NCBI RefSeq assembly: GCF_964355755.1 | Contig: NC_092679.1 | Span: forward strand, 11,205,432-11,269,431 | Direction of reading: 5' to 3' | From: Antedon mediterranea | Taxonomy: Eukaryota; Animalia; Echinodermata | Length of the DNA stretch: 64,000 bases | In this document: positions 1 through 13,129 of the stretch, piece after piece | Layout of the letters: each line of letters opens with the position of its first letter | Numbering within the stretch: position 1 is the first letter of the stretch | Notes under the pieces: model-generated | The model's input: the letters and a program-made list of their open reading frames with translations, nothing else | Told to the model about the DNA's origin: nothing | The model's database searches: none | Position numbers and translations under genes: made by a program

Positions 1-2169
1 TTAGTTTGTTTTTTTAGTTTTTAGCCATCTGAGATGCACTGCAATTTTAAATTGACTTCTTTCTTGTTGTCTAGGCAAATACATTTTTAAAAGTTGTTAT
101 CATAGTTGAGAATCTGTTAGAATATAGAAGTGTGGATGAATCAAGATTAAAGGTACAGATTTGTTTTTCAAATTGTTATTAAAGAATTTCAGATAAATTA
201 TCCTAATACACCTATTGAAAAAGGATCGTCAACACATAGTCAACCAAACATGAAGATCTGTTTACCCATGGAGTTATATTTTTATACCACCATGATTTAA
301 CTGAAAAGTTCAGCCAAGATTTACACTTACCCCAGTGAATTTGGGGTATACACCTAAGTGTATCCTTGCCATTTGATTGGTTGATAAGGTATCATGTGAC
401 ATGCATTTTTTCAATCCATCCTTGCATTCAGGTGGCATATTGAATATTTTATTCATGGAATGGGCTAGTCCATCTTTCAATGGTTACTCATGAATTCATT
501 TTTTACTGTCTTTTAGTGGCTTGTAGATGGTTTCCTCGGCTTTCTTAATACATGGGAGAATCAGTGTTTGGAAACACCAAATACAACAGCAGCAGAAAAG
601 AACAGGATGTGCCTGAGTCGTGAAACACTAAGAATAACAGGTTATTTTTTTTCTTTTCATTTATGTCTAGCCATAGATTGTTTGATAGGTTGCAAAAGCA
701 CAATCTAATAAGTTCTTTATTTTTCAGTATATTAAAAAGTAAATGTTAACCAAGGATAAATCCAATGGGCTTGCGACCCCTGTCTTCTAGCCTGACACAT
801 CAAATCCTGTAAAGTAAATGTCAATCTTAATTCCTAATAATTGTATTGTTAAAAACTATATTAAAGCAAATATTAATACAATAAATGCTTATTTGAAACT
901 TACAAAGGAATTGCTTGCTACTGATGGTGTGGACTAAACCAAGATCCTATCGAGGAATACTTTAGCAAACAGAGAGGATGTGGAGGAAGAAATGAAAACC
1001 CAACAGTTCATCAATTCCAACATAACGCATTGACACTACAAGTTGCAGGAGCCAGAAGTGTAACTGGTTCAATCCACTCAAACACCAGGATAGTAGTACA
1101 GTTAACCCCATCGTCTTTTCCATCGTTTGTCACTCTATTCAGGGAACACTATATAAGGGAGATAGCCTATTTGCTCTTCGTTCATTTCACGGGAATGTGG
1201 ACAGTTTGCCATTAAATAAATACACTTTACGTTCAATCTGCAGGGACACCCTTATTAAAGGACACTTGTTTGGGTTTCTGCGGAAAACATGCCAATGTAT
1301 CCCCTAAAGCTCTGTCTACACTATCAAACTTTATGTGACAACAAAATGTGATGTGACCATAATATATGGACATGATAATACCATACCATTACTATATTTG
1401 GGGATATCACTACCATAATTTTAGTACATCACACTTTTTTTCAAACTAGTTTTTGATAATACTGTATAATATAGTTTTAAGATAATGGTTTTGGATTTAT
1501 AAATTTTTTGCAACCATGGCCGTAGTCATGGTTTGAAATTACAAGAGATACGCGTGGCATGCGACAGTACAAGTGCAACTTAGCTTAGTTATTTACCTGG
1601 GAAAATTTGGACATTACTAACCTACTAACTCACCAATGGTAGCAATAATTGGTACATAAAGCCAACTTAGCGGGTAAATAACTAAGTCTGAACAGGCCCT
1701 TATATAACTATTTGAAAGTGCTTTTAACCACAAAAAAATGAGGGAAAAATCAAGCTGTATTGTCTGCACCCACGTCATTATTAATTATTGGCAAGTCAAT
1801 GCTATGATTATGCTGGTAAACACAACAGTAATAATATACAGAGATCAAGTAAGCAATCACTTAATCCTCCGATACAAAAGCGTTTGTTCAATAAATTTAT
1901 CTCTTATCTCTCCTCCTTATGAAATTTTAAACACTGTTTTGCAATCGTAATATCATTTACAATGTTTAATATTACAAATGTCACTTTTCTATTATTTCCA
2001 ATTACCATAATCCTACAGTCAAATGTAAACGAAATGTATAATTAATTGTCACAATATCTGCTCACAACTTGATTTCTGATTGAATAATTTGTGTGTGCTT
2101 GAAATTATTAACCGTTGTATTAGGTTCTTAACAACTAGTTTTTATTATCATGAGGTCCTAAAGCAAACA

Positions 2170-3960
2170 AAATTGTACATTTATGCACGATGACGTCATA
2201 AAAATTAAAATATTTTTAACTCATGCTAAAGATAGTTGATTGACCTAGACAATATCAAAATCAGGGTGAAAATGGAAAACGGATAAGTGGAGATGCGCTC
2301 TATTAAATGTGATGAGCTATGACGAAAGATACAAAAATCCTAAATTTCATATTCGCGTGGCCATACGATGACGTCACAATGTCCGGTTAGCCATATTAAT
2401 GCATGATCTGATATCTAAAACACATCAACTTCCAGAATATGTAATAAAAATAATTTTTACCGTTTAGTTTAGAAACTACGATTGTTTAAAAAAAGGCAAA
2501 ATTTTGACAAATTTTTGAAGTTTTTCATCAAAAAAGCGCTCAAATTATCATATTCTATGTCCTCATATGACGTAATTTGAAGTCGAAATTGTTTAAAAGT
2601 TGGTAAAATTACTAGAAAACGCTGGAAAAACATAAATCACTCGAAAAAATGACGTTTTTAACCCTACGTGTGGACCGCGCGCGTAAAAATTTGCGCACGT
2701 GTGGGAATTTTTGACATGCTCAAAATGACATGAAACGCGTAGAAAGTTGATTAGAAATTGATTTTTCCCATACTTCGTGTTAAACATGCCATTTTTAGTG
2801 CACAAAAAGTTAGCGCACGATATAAATTAGACTTTTGCTAAGTTTCAATTTAAATTGTTATATGCTTTTCGATCTATGTTAAATACGCAAAATTCATAAA
2901 ACGCGCGTAAGTCATGTTGCGCAACTCTGACGTCATTCAAAAATAGGAAAGCACAACTTCACATGATTGCCCATATGTTGACAAAGTTATAAAATCATAA
3001 TGTTAACTTTACACGTTTTAGAGATACGCTTTGCACAAAAATGACAGAAAGAAAGAAGAACTAGAATTTAATTCGTCACTTTGACGAATTATAGGTGATC
3101 ATTTTTATCATTTTACTGAAATTAATTTTTTTTTTATCGGAAAATGTTGATGTATGCCATCCTATTATACGCTTATAGTGCTGAGTTGTGCCTATTATAT
3201 GCCATATAATATGTACAGTATATATGTATATCTATATACAGTGTAGCATAGGTGAAATTACGGGACACACATCATGTTCTAATTTTTTGGTATGATGGAA
3301 TTATCAAAATAAACTCGAAGATGACAATTTCGAAAGATAATGAATTGAGCAAATAAATATAAGAATTGGAAGAGAATTTGGCACGTAGAAGCGCTGTGCG
3401 CGCTCTTTGAAATTTGTATAACTGTGACGAAAAAGATGAAAAAACTACTTTTTAACTTCAACTGGCCATATGTTAACTTCACAACATCCGATAGGCTTGA
3501 TTTTTATATGAATTCATATCTACATTTCATCAGCTTTCATAATAAATTATAATCATCAAGGTAACCTTCAATTCCGAAGAGCTGTATGATTTTCAAATTT
3601 ATGGCGAAGGTGAAATTACACGACCTACGTTATTCAAGTTTTTACGCGTGATGATGTCATCAAAATAAAAATAGTGGCAAGTCATGAGAAAGTTAATTAA
3701 TTGAGCAATCACATACTAACATTTTAGCGAAAATCGGGTACAAAATAACAGAGATGCGTTCTATTGAATGTGATAAAATATGACGAAAAAGAAAAAAAGC
3801 TTAATTTTAAATTCAAGTGGCCATTTGATGATGTGACAACATTTTGTACGTACAATGTGTACATGTATTCATATCTACAACTCAATGGCTTCCAGAATAA
3901 GTTAAGAAAATTGGGGGTCATCGTGCATTCTGAAGAATTATTTTCATTTTAAAAATGCCT
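2170..3960. repeat. Diverged direct repeats of an unclassified non-coding interspersed element
   Basis: 2185-2450 (gatgacgtcataaaaattaaaat...gagatgcgctctattaaatgtgat...tgacgaaa...cttccagaata) recurs at 3650-3900. Confidence 0.55.
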
Positions 3961-5237
3961 TATTTTTCACCATTTTCAACACTTTGTTGCAATTAATTTG
4001 CTCATTTTGAACCTGCTCGTATAGCGTTATTTTATATCGGAACTGACTCAAATTTGGTGAATGTACTAAAGATGGTGAGTAGAATGCGATTTGTAAAAAT
4101 AAATCGTATTTTTAAAAAAATATTTTTTTGCGCAGTAATTTTTTGAAACACGCAAATGGCTTGAAATGACACTCTATATCGGCCTACCAAACAGCAATAC
4201 TGCTGGAATCTCCAGCAAAATGCAATTTCCACGAACACAATGTGTAGTGGCCTTTCGTACCTTCTTAAGATGTACACAAGCAATCCAAACAGTCAGAAAT
4301 TTATTCTGAGCATGTTGAGAAATATATCCACAAAAAAAAATATGCTGACAGCCGGTGGTAAATTGTGCAGTTAATATTCAAAATCGGTTAAGCCATTAAA
4401 ATATCCTGAAATATCCATATCAAGGGTTTTGCAACTGAACTCTAGGCAAGGGCACAGTTTGTCTACACACTCAGATAGGCAGTTTTTTGGAGGCCCTGTG
4501 TGAAAGACCACAGAAAGACAACATGAAATTCGCATACATAACCAGACATTTAACATTTATAGTTATTGTGACCATTTAGATTACAGAAAATATAGTCATA
4601 ATTGATAATACTGAGTTTCAATTTTTTTCTAAGATGAAACTTAGGTGACATTTAGTTCTGATTTAGGAAATGCTACTTACATTAAACATGAAACTGCACA
4701 CATTTAGATCGCTAGAGTGCAAACAAATATATATATTTACCATTTGTTTAGCATATTATTATTTCATTTTGGCCCTCATATTGTACTAGTGTTTTTACTT
4801 TTGATTATAGGACAATTTGAAGTGTGCATCCCTATTGCACATGATACTATCACTAAATCTAGAAAATCTAAGCATCAACAGCAATTTTGTAAGAACTATT
4901 GAAAAAGTGAGTAAAATAATTTGCATTAACTTCAATTAGCTATTTGTTCATTGTTTCATAAAAACAAAGTAGCAATGCTTTCTATGAGTAGACACATTTT
5001 ATGTTATTTTTTCTGTTTCAAAAGGATGAAATTATACTACTTTGAAGGTAATTTAATTACTGCCATAGCTGTTTATCTTTATTAGCAAATCCTTATTAGT
5101 GGAACAATTTAAAATAAATAAGTAGGCCTAAATGTTTACTTTTATCTCAACTTTTATTCACAGATTACAAAATACAAGCAATGCGGAAAAGTACGCAAGG
5201 GTGCTAAAATGCTTATTGAAAAATTGCTGACTGTTAT

Positions 5238-8215
5238 AGATAGAGAACAAGAGGAAATGGAAGAAAATGAGAGAGCCTTGGGTAAGTCTATAACATTAAC
5301 AACAAAACTCAACTGTACAGGTTGTGTTAAAATACTTCTATAATGGAACATTCTTACATTGGAAAGTGATAGTACTGTAAATGTAACTTTTTCTCTGAGG
5401 TTTTTGTCTCCCATTTATTCATTCGATTGCGGCACTTATTTATTTGTGTTCAGGCAGTCTATAATTTCAGTATTTGGCAAATAATAATGTTTGAAATTAA
5501 TTAGTTGTTATAATTAATTTATTAACATTTTATTGTTGTTGTTCATTAACAGATGAAGATAGAGAACAAGAGGAAATGGAAGAAAATGAGAGAGCCTGGG
5601 GTAAGTCTTCTATAACATTAAGAACAAAACTCAACTGTACAGGTTTTGTGAAAATACTTGTATAATGGAACATTCTTACATTGGAAAGTGATAGTACTGT
5701 AAATGTAACTTTTTCTCTAAGGTTTTTGTCTCCCATTTATTCATTCGATTGCAGCACTTATTTATTTGGGTTCAGGCAGTCAATAATTTCAGTATTTGGC
5801 ATGTTTGAAATTAATTAGTTATTATAATTAATTTATTAACATTTTATTGTTGTTGTTCATCAACAGATGAAGATAGAGAACAAGAGGAAATGGAAGAAAA
5901 TGAGAGCGCCTGGGGTAAGTCTATAACATTAACAACAAAACTCAACTGTACAGGTTGTGTTAAAATACTTCTATAAAAGGAACATTCTTACATTGGAAAG
6001 TGATAGTACTGTAAATGTAACTTTTTCTCTGAGGTTTTTGTCTGGCACTTATTCATTCGATTGCGGCACTTATTTATTTGGGTTCAGGCAGTCTATAATT
6101 TCAGTATTTGGCAAATAATAATGTTTGAAATTAATTAGTTGTTTTAAATAATTTATTAACATTTTATTGTTGTTGTTCATCAACAGATGAAGATAGAGAA
6201 CAAGAGGAAATGGAAGAAAATGAGAGCGCCTGGGGTAAGTCTATAACATTACCAACAAAACTCAACTGTACAGGTTGTGTTAAAATACTTCTATAATGGA
6301 ACATTCTTACATTGGAAAGCGATAGTACTGTAGATGTAACTTTTTCTCTGAGGTTTTTGTCTCCCATTTATTCATTCGATTGCGGCACTTATTTATTTGT
6401 GTTCAGGCAGTCTATAATTTCAGTATTTGGCAAATAATAATGTTTGAAATTAATTAGTTGTTATAATTAATTTATTAACATTTTATTGTTGTTCTTGATC
6501 AACAGATGAAGATAGAGAACAAGAGGAAGTGGAAGAAAATGAGAGCGCCTGGGGTAAGTCTATAACATTAACAACAAAACTCAACTGTACAGGTTGTGTT
6601 AAAATACTTCTATAATGGAACATTCTTACATTGGAAAGTGATAGTACTGTAAATGTAACTTTTTCTCTAAGGTTTTTGTCTCCCATTTATTCATTCGATT
6701 GCGGCACTTATTTATTTGTGTTCAGGCAGTCTATAATTTCAGTATTTGGCAAATAATAATGTTTGAAATTAATTAGTTGTTATAATTAATTTATTAACAT
6801 TTTATTGTTGTTGTTCATCAACAGATAAAGATAGAGAACAAGAGGAAGTGGAAGAAAATGAGAGAGCCTGGGGTAAGTCTATAACATTAACAACAAAACT
6901 CAACTGTACAGGTTGTGTTAAAATACTTCTATAAAAGGAACATTCTTACATTGGAAAGTGATAGTACTGTAAATGTAACTTTTTCTCTGAGGTTTTTGTC
7001 TGGCACTTATTCATTCGATTGCGGCACTTATTTATTTGGGTTCAGGCAGTCTATAATTTCAGTATTTGGCAAATAATAATGTTTGAAATTAATTAGTTGT
7101 TTTAAATAATTTATTAACATTTTATTGTTGTTGTTCATCAACAGATGAAGATAGAGAACAAGAGGAAATGGAAGAAAATGAGAGCGCCTGGGGTAAGTCT
7201 ATAACATTAACAACAAAACTCAACTGTACAGGTTGTGTTAAAATACTTCTATAATGGAGCATTCTTACATTGGAAAGTGATAGTACTGTAGATGTAACTT
7301 TTTCTCTGAGGTTTTTGTCTCCCACTTATTCATTCGATTGTGGCACTTATTTATTTGTGTTCAGGCAGTCTATAATTTCAGTATTTGGCAAATAATAATG
7401 CTTGGAATTAATTAGTTGTTATAATTAATTTATTAAAATTTTATTGTTGTTGTTTATCAACAGATAAAGATAGAGAACAAGAGGAAGTGGAAGAAAATGA
7501 GAGAGCCTTGGGTAAGTCTATAACATTAACAACAAAACTCAACTGTACAGGTTGTGTTAAAATACTTCTATAATGGAACATTCTTACATTGGAAAGTGAT
7601 AGTACTGTAGATGTAACTTTTTCTCTGAGGTTTTTGTCTCCCATTTATTCATTCGATTGCGGCACTTATTTATTTTCGTTCAGGCAGTCTATAATTTCAG
7701 TATTTGGCAAATAATAATGTTTGAAATTAATTAGATGTTATAATTAATTTATTAACATTTTATTGTTGTTGTTCATCAACAGATAAAGATAGAGAACAAG
7801 AGGAAGTGGAAGAAAATGAGAGACCCTTGGGTAAGTCTATAACATTAACAACAAAACTCAACTGTACAGGTTTTGTTAAAATACTTCTATAATAGAACAT
7901 TCTTACATTGGAAAGTGATAGTACTGTAAATGTAACTTTTTCTCTGAGGTTTTTGTCTCCCACTTATTCATTCGATTGCGGCACTTATTTATTTGTGTTC
8001 AGGCAGTCTATAATTTCAGTATTTGGCAAATAATAATGCTTGAAATTAATTAGTTGTTATAATTAATTTATTAAAATTTTATTGTTGTTGTTTATCAACA
8101 GATAAAGATAGAGAACAAGAGGAAGTGGAAGAAAATGAGAGAGCCTTGGGTAAGTCTATAACATTAACAACAAAACTCAACTGTACAGGTTGTGTTAAAA
8201 TACTTCTATAAATGA
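5238..8215 (+). repeat. ~319-bp tandem array of exon+intron units (founder exon plus 9 microexons)
   Basis: Unit cag|ATGAAGATAGAGAACAAGAGGAAATGGAAGAAAATGAGAGCGCCTGGG|gtaag. Exon starts at 5553, 5867, 6187, 6506, 6825, 7145, 7464, 7783, 8102. Confidence 0.97.
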
Positions 8216-8914
8216 ACGTTTCATCTTATATTGGAAAGTAATTTGTATATTATAGCACAATGGGAAAACATCGAAGCACGGCTGATTGTAAAATTTTTTG
8301 TCTGGCTAGGCCTAGATGAAGCATAATGATTGTCAATATGTTCAACATAATAACTATTCATATTAGATTTATTTTCATTGAATGTCAGCTTTAAACAGTT
8401 CTATAAAGGAACTTTGTGTATTTGCATTTTATTTTTACTGTGGGTGGTTTACTATACTACTAGAGAATCGGGTTGTACAATTACCGAGCTTAATGAGGCA
8501 GAAAAAAGTAACAAACCAAGCTTAGCTTTCGAGTCAGTAAATCATAGACTTTAATAAATACTTACAGTACATTTTGTTGATTTAATTACCAAGGAGTAAA
8601 TTCAAGAAACATCAACGTATTCAAATTGTAAAAAAAGACCTGTCTTATAAATCATGAATGTATTAAACTACCATAGGTTTTTATTAAACGCCTTATCGTA
8701 AAATTCTATACTAAGACCATTTGTTCTCACCGCTTTCTTGCATGTAGGTTTGAGATAGGAAATTACAGTGGCACAACGTGCACACAAAATGGAAATACAC
8801 AATTTCATTTTCTATTGAATCCACCACTTATGACCACAACTAATTTAATTTACCCAAAAATAAAGTGTATTTGTCATTCCTGTGTCTTGTTATACTTTTA
8901 AATATATTTTTCAA

Positions 8915-10512
8915 ATACGAAAAAGTCATATAAAAAGCCATATCGCTATTGCATTTTCTGCAAAGCCTCCTTTTCAAAACTAAGAAATCATATTGAAAAT
9001 AAACATAAAATCATTGGGCGAGTAAAGGACGCAATGAACCTACCAAAAAAAGAGCGTGATGCTACATTTGAAATATTCAGAATTGAAGGTATAATGGAGT
9101 TTAATAAGAAGGCAATAAAGGAAAATCCCAAAAATCCATCTGTGCAACGAGAAAGAAAAAGAACATGCCCAGGCAAGATTGTTGTCTGCAATGTTTGCGG
9201 AATGTTCATAGATATGAAATATCAAAGACGACATGAACAAAATCACAACATGAAATCAGATGCGGCAATTACAGTGATCACAACACCAATTAGCACACTG
9301 ACGTATGTGGATGAGTTGGACACACGGTTCGTATCTGAAGTTTTATCACGTTTTAGATGTGGTACAATACGAGATAGCTGTCTAAATGACAAGCTTCTAA
9401 TTAAAGTAGGCCATGCAATGTGGCAAAGGGTTAAGAGTCGAGCGGACAAGGCGGTGGAGGTGCGGAGGCAAGTCATGACTAACATGCGAAGGTTGGCTGC
9501 AATCTACCAACACTTGCTGGAAACTGAAGATGTACTTGGACCTCTTCCAGCAAAGCAAGGTAACATCATTGACATTTTCACAAGGTCAAATTTTACACAT
9601 CTCCTGGAAGCCATCAACACTTACACAAATGCAAATTCTGGATTGAAAGCAGGACTTAAAATAAGTTTGCTGTATTTACTCAAATCAGTTTCGAAAATAT
9701 TAAGTGGATTGTTTTTAATAGCTGATAATGATCACAATTCACAGGAGATCAGCAACTTTCTCGTTGTGCTAGATATGCACAAGCATTCTTTTTTTGGTGA
9801 TGCAGTATATGCCCAAAATAAAAGCAGGCAGGAGAGACTCCGAAGGCCACAAGAACAGCCAATATCAAAGGACATATCAACCTGGGTGAAAACGTTTCAA
9901 ACACGCCACATCTTTATATTGAATTGCGGGACCTTGTCGTGTGCAGACTTACACTATACAATGCAAGAAGAGGAGGAGAGCCCAGTAGACTATTTATAAA
10001 GGACTGGAGAGAGGCAGATGCAGGTGTATGGCTAGATGAGCGACAATTGAAGAAGCTGGATCCTATTGACCAAGCCCTTTCGAAACAACTGAAGGTTGGG
10101 TATCAATCTGGGAAGGGCAAACATTTAGTGCCGACATTGTTTCCAAAACACACCCATGTTGCGATACGTGTCCTGGCAGCGGAGGATGTGCGGGAATCAT
10201 GTGGCATTTCCAGTACAAATAGATACATGTTCCCTAGTACAAAGGGTTCAGAAGAGCATGTTTCTGGTTGGCATGCTGTACATACAGTATGTGAAAATGT
10301 GCAGCTAGAAAAAAGACACCTAATAACAGCAACAAAAAACCGCCACAGGGTATCAACCGAGTTCGCACTGATGGACATTCCTGCAACACAAAGGCAATTC
10401 ATCTATAAACACTTAGGACACAGCGAAGACACAAACGTTCACATATATCAAGACCCTCTTGCTGTAAGGGAAATTACTGTTGTTGGAAGAGGGTTGCAGA
10501 AGCTTGATAACG
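8915..10512 (+). CDS. Tyrosine recombinase core exon with N-terminal CxxC..H..H zinc finger (frameshifted)
   Basis: ORFs 9034-9999 and 9924-10529. The frame extends upstream as KKPYRYCIFCKASFSKLRNHIENKH. R...KxRH...LGH...Y integrase-type signature. Confidence 0.85.
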
Positions 10513-12246
10513 GTAAATTAAATTTTTAATTGTTTTTAAATTCCATTTTATTAATCTTTCTGTCTTCTCCTTCCATACATGCATAATTCCTCATTGTATT
10601 TTCATTTGATTTTTATTTAAAAATTAGGCATTGTTGCTTGGTACAATGCAACCATCACTCTCCCAAAGCATAAACACCCTAAAAAACAGAGTCTTGCCAA
10701 AATCCAGCATTATCCCAAAATATTTCTGTCCTTTATACAGTCCATACAGCTAATTACCAATTACCAATTTTAACAATGAATTATTTTTATTGTGTTTTTC
10801 CATAGGAGATGACCCAGAAAACCTAGAAATGAATAATTTTACAGGTAAGCTTTAATATATATGTATTGGTTCTAAACATTTTAATTTTGTAATTTTAAAA
10901 TATTTGTCATATTCATAACAATAGTCACAAAAATATGTTATTATGGTAGATCTTAAGTTCTTAAAAAGGACATGCAATCAAAGCAAATATACTTAATACT
11001 TCATTTATTTTTTATCAGCAGATGAAACTTTTGAAGAAGCAGAAGAAAATGAAGAAAACAGTGACATCACCGGTAAGCTTATAAAACATTAGTAACAAAA
11101 ATCTATACCAGCTGGGGCTAAGATGAGAAATTAAGATTGACTCTTTCTATGAAGTTGCAATCTTTTCACACTGCTGCTTTAGCCAGGTACGTCCCAAGAG
11201 GACTACTCATTCAAAAGCTATAGCAAGCAGCAGTTATAGTTCTAGAGGCCAAAGTTTTTGGTACTTTGTAAACTAGGATGGGTCATGCTAAAATTACAAA
11301 CCTCAAAGCACGTCTGGGAGAAGAGAGTCTATGAAAAAAATTGCTGATAATACCCTAGATGCATGTAGACAGTAATCTGTAAAATCTTGTTCAATAAATA
11401 ATGACTTAATAATGAATAGGCCAGTATTATAATAATTCACTGTCAAATAATCAAAACATCATTTCTGGTATTTACAATGAGTCCCATTTGACTGTCAATC
11501 TAGACCGATATATATAATACTGTAATTCGCTGTCAGATAATCATTGAATTATTATCAAAACAGTCCATATACAGTAATAGTAAAGTTTTTTGTTATAATA
11601 GGATACAATTTGTTGACACTTGAAGCATCTAGGCTTGATGAAGTGACCCCTAGACTTGACCTTAGCAATAAAATATACTAAAGTGACAGAAATTGAGTCT
11701 GTTTAGTATATAATAAAGTAATATTATTTAGACATCATTTTTATTTAAATTTAATGAGCACATCATCTTTTACAGATTCAGTATTTTTTATTTTTCAATT
11801 GCACAATTATAACATATCAAACCATGAATTCTTCTTGTATTTTTTGCTTTAAATTACAAAAACAAATTTGAAATAAAAAATATTTTTAGGGGGACAATAT
11901 ATCTTTAAAATTGTTATGTCCACAAGCGAACAACGTTTTTTGTAAGAAATATTTCTTGTTTAGTGTTAAAATTAATTACTCCTTGTCCCATTTTCTATTT
12001 CAAGCTGTCCCTGTGTCATAAGAAAATGGCACGAATTATCATACACAAATTAGATTTCTGTAAAAAAACACACATGTACAATGTATCAAGAACGAAAATG
12101 TAAAAATTATCAATGTTATAAATGGTTTTTGTTTACTACTGTAGATGACCAGGATCACGATTACACAGGTAAGTTTATATTTAAAAAGGTTCGTTCTTCA
12201 CACGCCAAAGAGCATTCAATTGGTTAAAGAGCAGTGCGTATATGTT

Positions 12247-13129
12247 TAGACTGGGTTCCAGCCCGTAAATAGTAAAAATAAATATTTTGGCACAATGGCG
12301 TTTCATATGTATAATATAATACTAAGATTTATGGACTAGGGAAATATGTGAAAATATCGATTTACAGACCGCAAACATCCGATAAGAATAACGTAGGTTA
12401 TCATACCGTGTTTACTCATATGGGCGGGTGGTATGTAAATATGGATTTTGAATCAACCAATGATCAAAAGGACATCATTTAGGTTTAAAAAAATGAGTAT
12501 GTACCATCAAAACTGTATTGTATTATAGTATTGCCGAGTTTTGTTAATTACATTATCAAGTCTAGGCATAGCCTAGGCTTTGTACATATGAGCTAAATGC
12601 CGAATGAATACCACCGGCAGATAGCTACCACATATCTCTGCATAAAAGATCATTCAATGTTTGATTTACGGAGAAGCTAGCATACCTATCATATTAAGAC
12701 CAGACAAGTTTTCTTGGAAAAAATCCCATCAACAACTAGGCATATAAAATTCATTTCTAGCCTTCAGAAACTTTTACAACTCCCTGCTCTAATCATCACA
12801 TCATCATTTTGCGAAGATACAAGTGGAGTTCGTGTACCCTGAGTAAAGATGTGTGTCTTCACATCGTCTAAATGTGACATAGCGCATGCGCATCATCTTA
12901 GTTGTTGAATCTTATTTTTGAAATTTCCAAAAATGCATATTAAAATATTTTAGAGTGAGTTGAAACTTAGTCAACCGGATAATCGTATGCACCATAAATT
13001 CTTGGTGTCAAAACATGTGACATTTATATATTTCCCCAATCTGTAAATCTGAGTATTATATTATACATATGAAACGCCATATGTGGCAAAATATTTATCT
13101 TTACTATCTACGGGCTGGAACCCAGTCTA
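12247..13129. mobile_element. Non-autonomous DNA transposon with ~75-bp TIRs (TAG termini, Academ-like)
   Basis: TAGACTGGGTTCCAGCCCGTA...GGCGTTTCATATGTATAATATAATACT and its reverse complement ending at 13129. No clear TSD. Confidence 0.75.

Noticed and set aside
1-1700. Possible exon fragments and small MITE pieces (for example 1307-1460 and 1584-1700)
   Set aside because: Too decayed: no paired termini with a TSD and no recognisable protein.
5154-7963. Repeated minus-strand 67-86-aa ORFs (MGDKNLREKV...)
   Set aside because: They are antisense by-products of the tandem unit and are broken in two units. Splice signals support plus-strand microexons instead.
5238-8215. CRISPR array or integron cassette array beside an integrase
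   Set aside because: The units are near-identical along their full length, with no unique spacers or cassettes, no attC-like sites and no cas genes. The context is eukaryotic and intron-containing.
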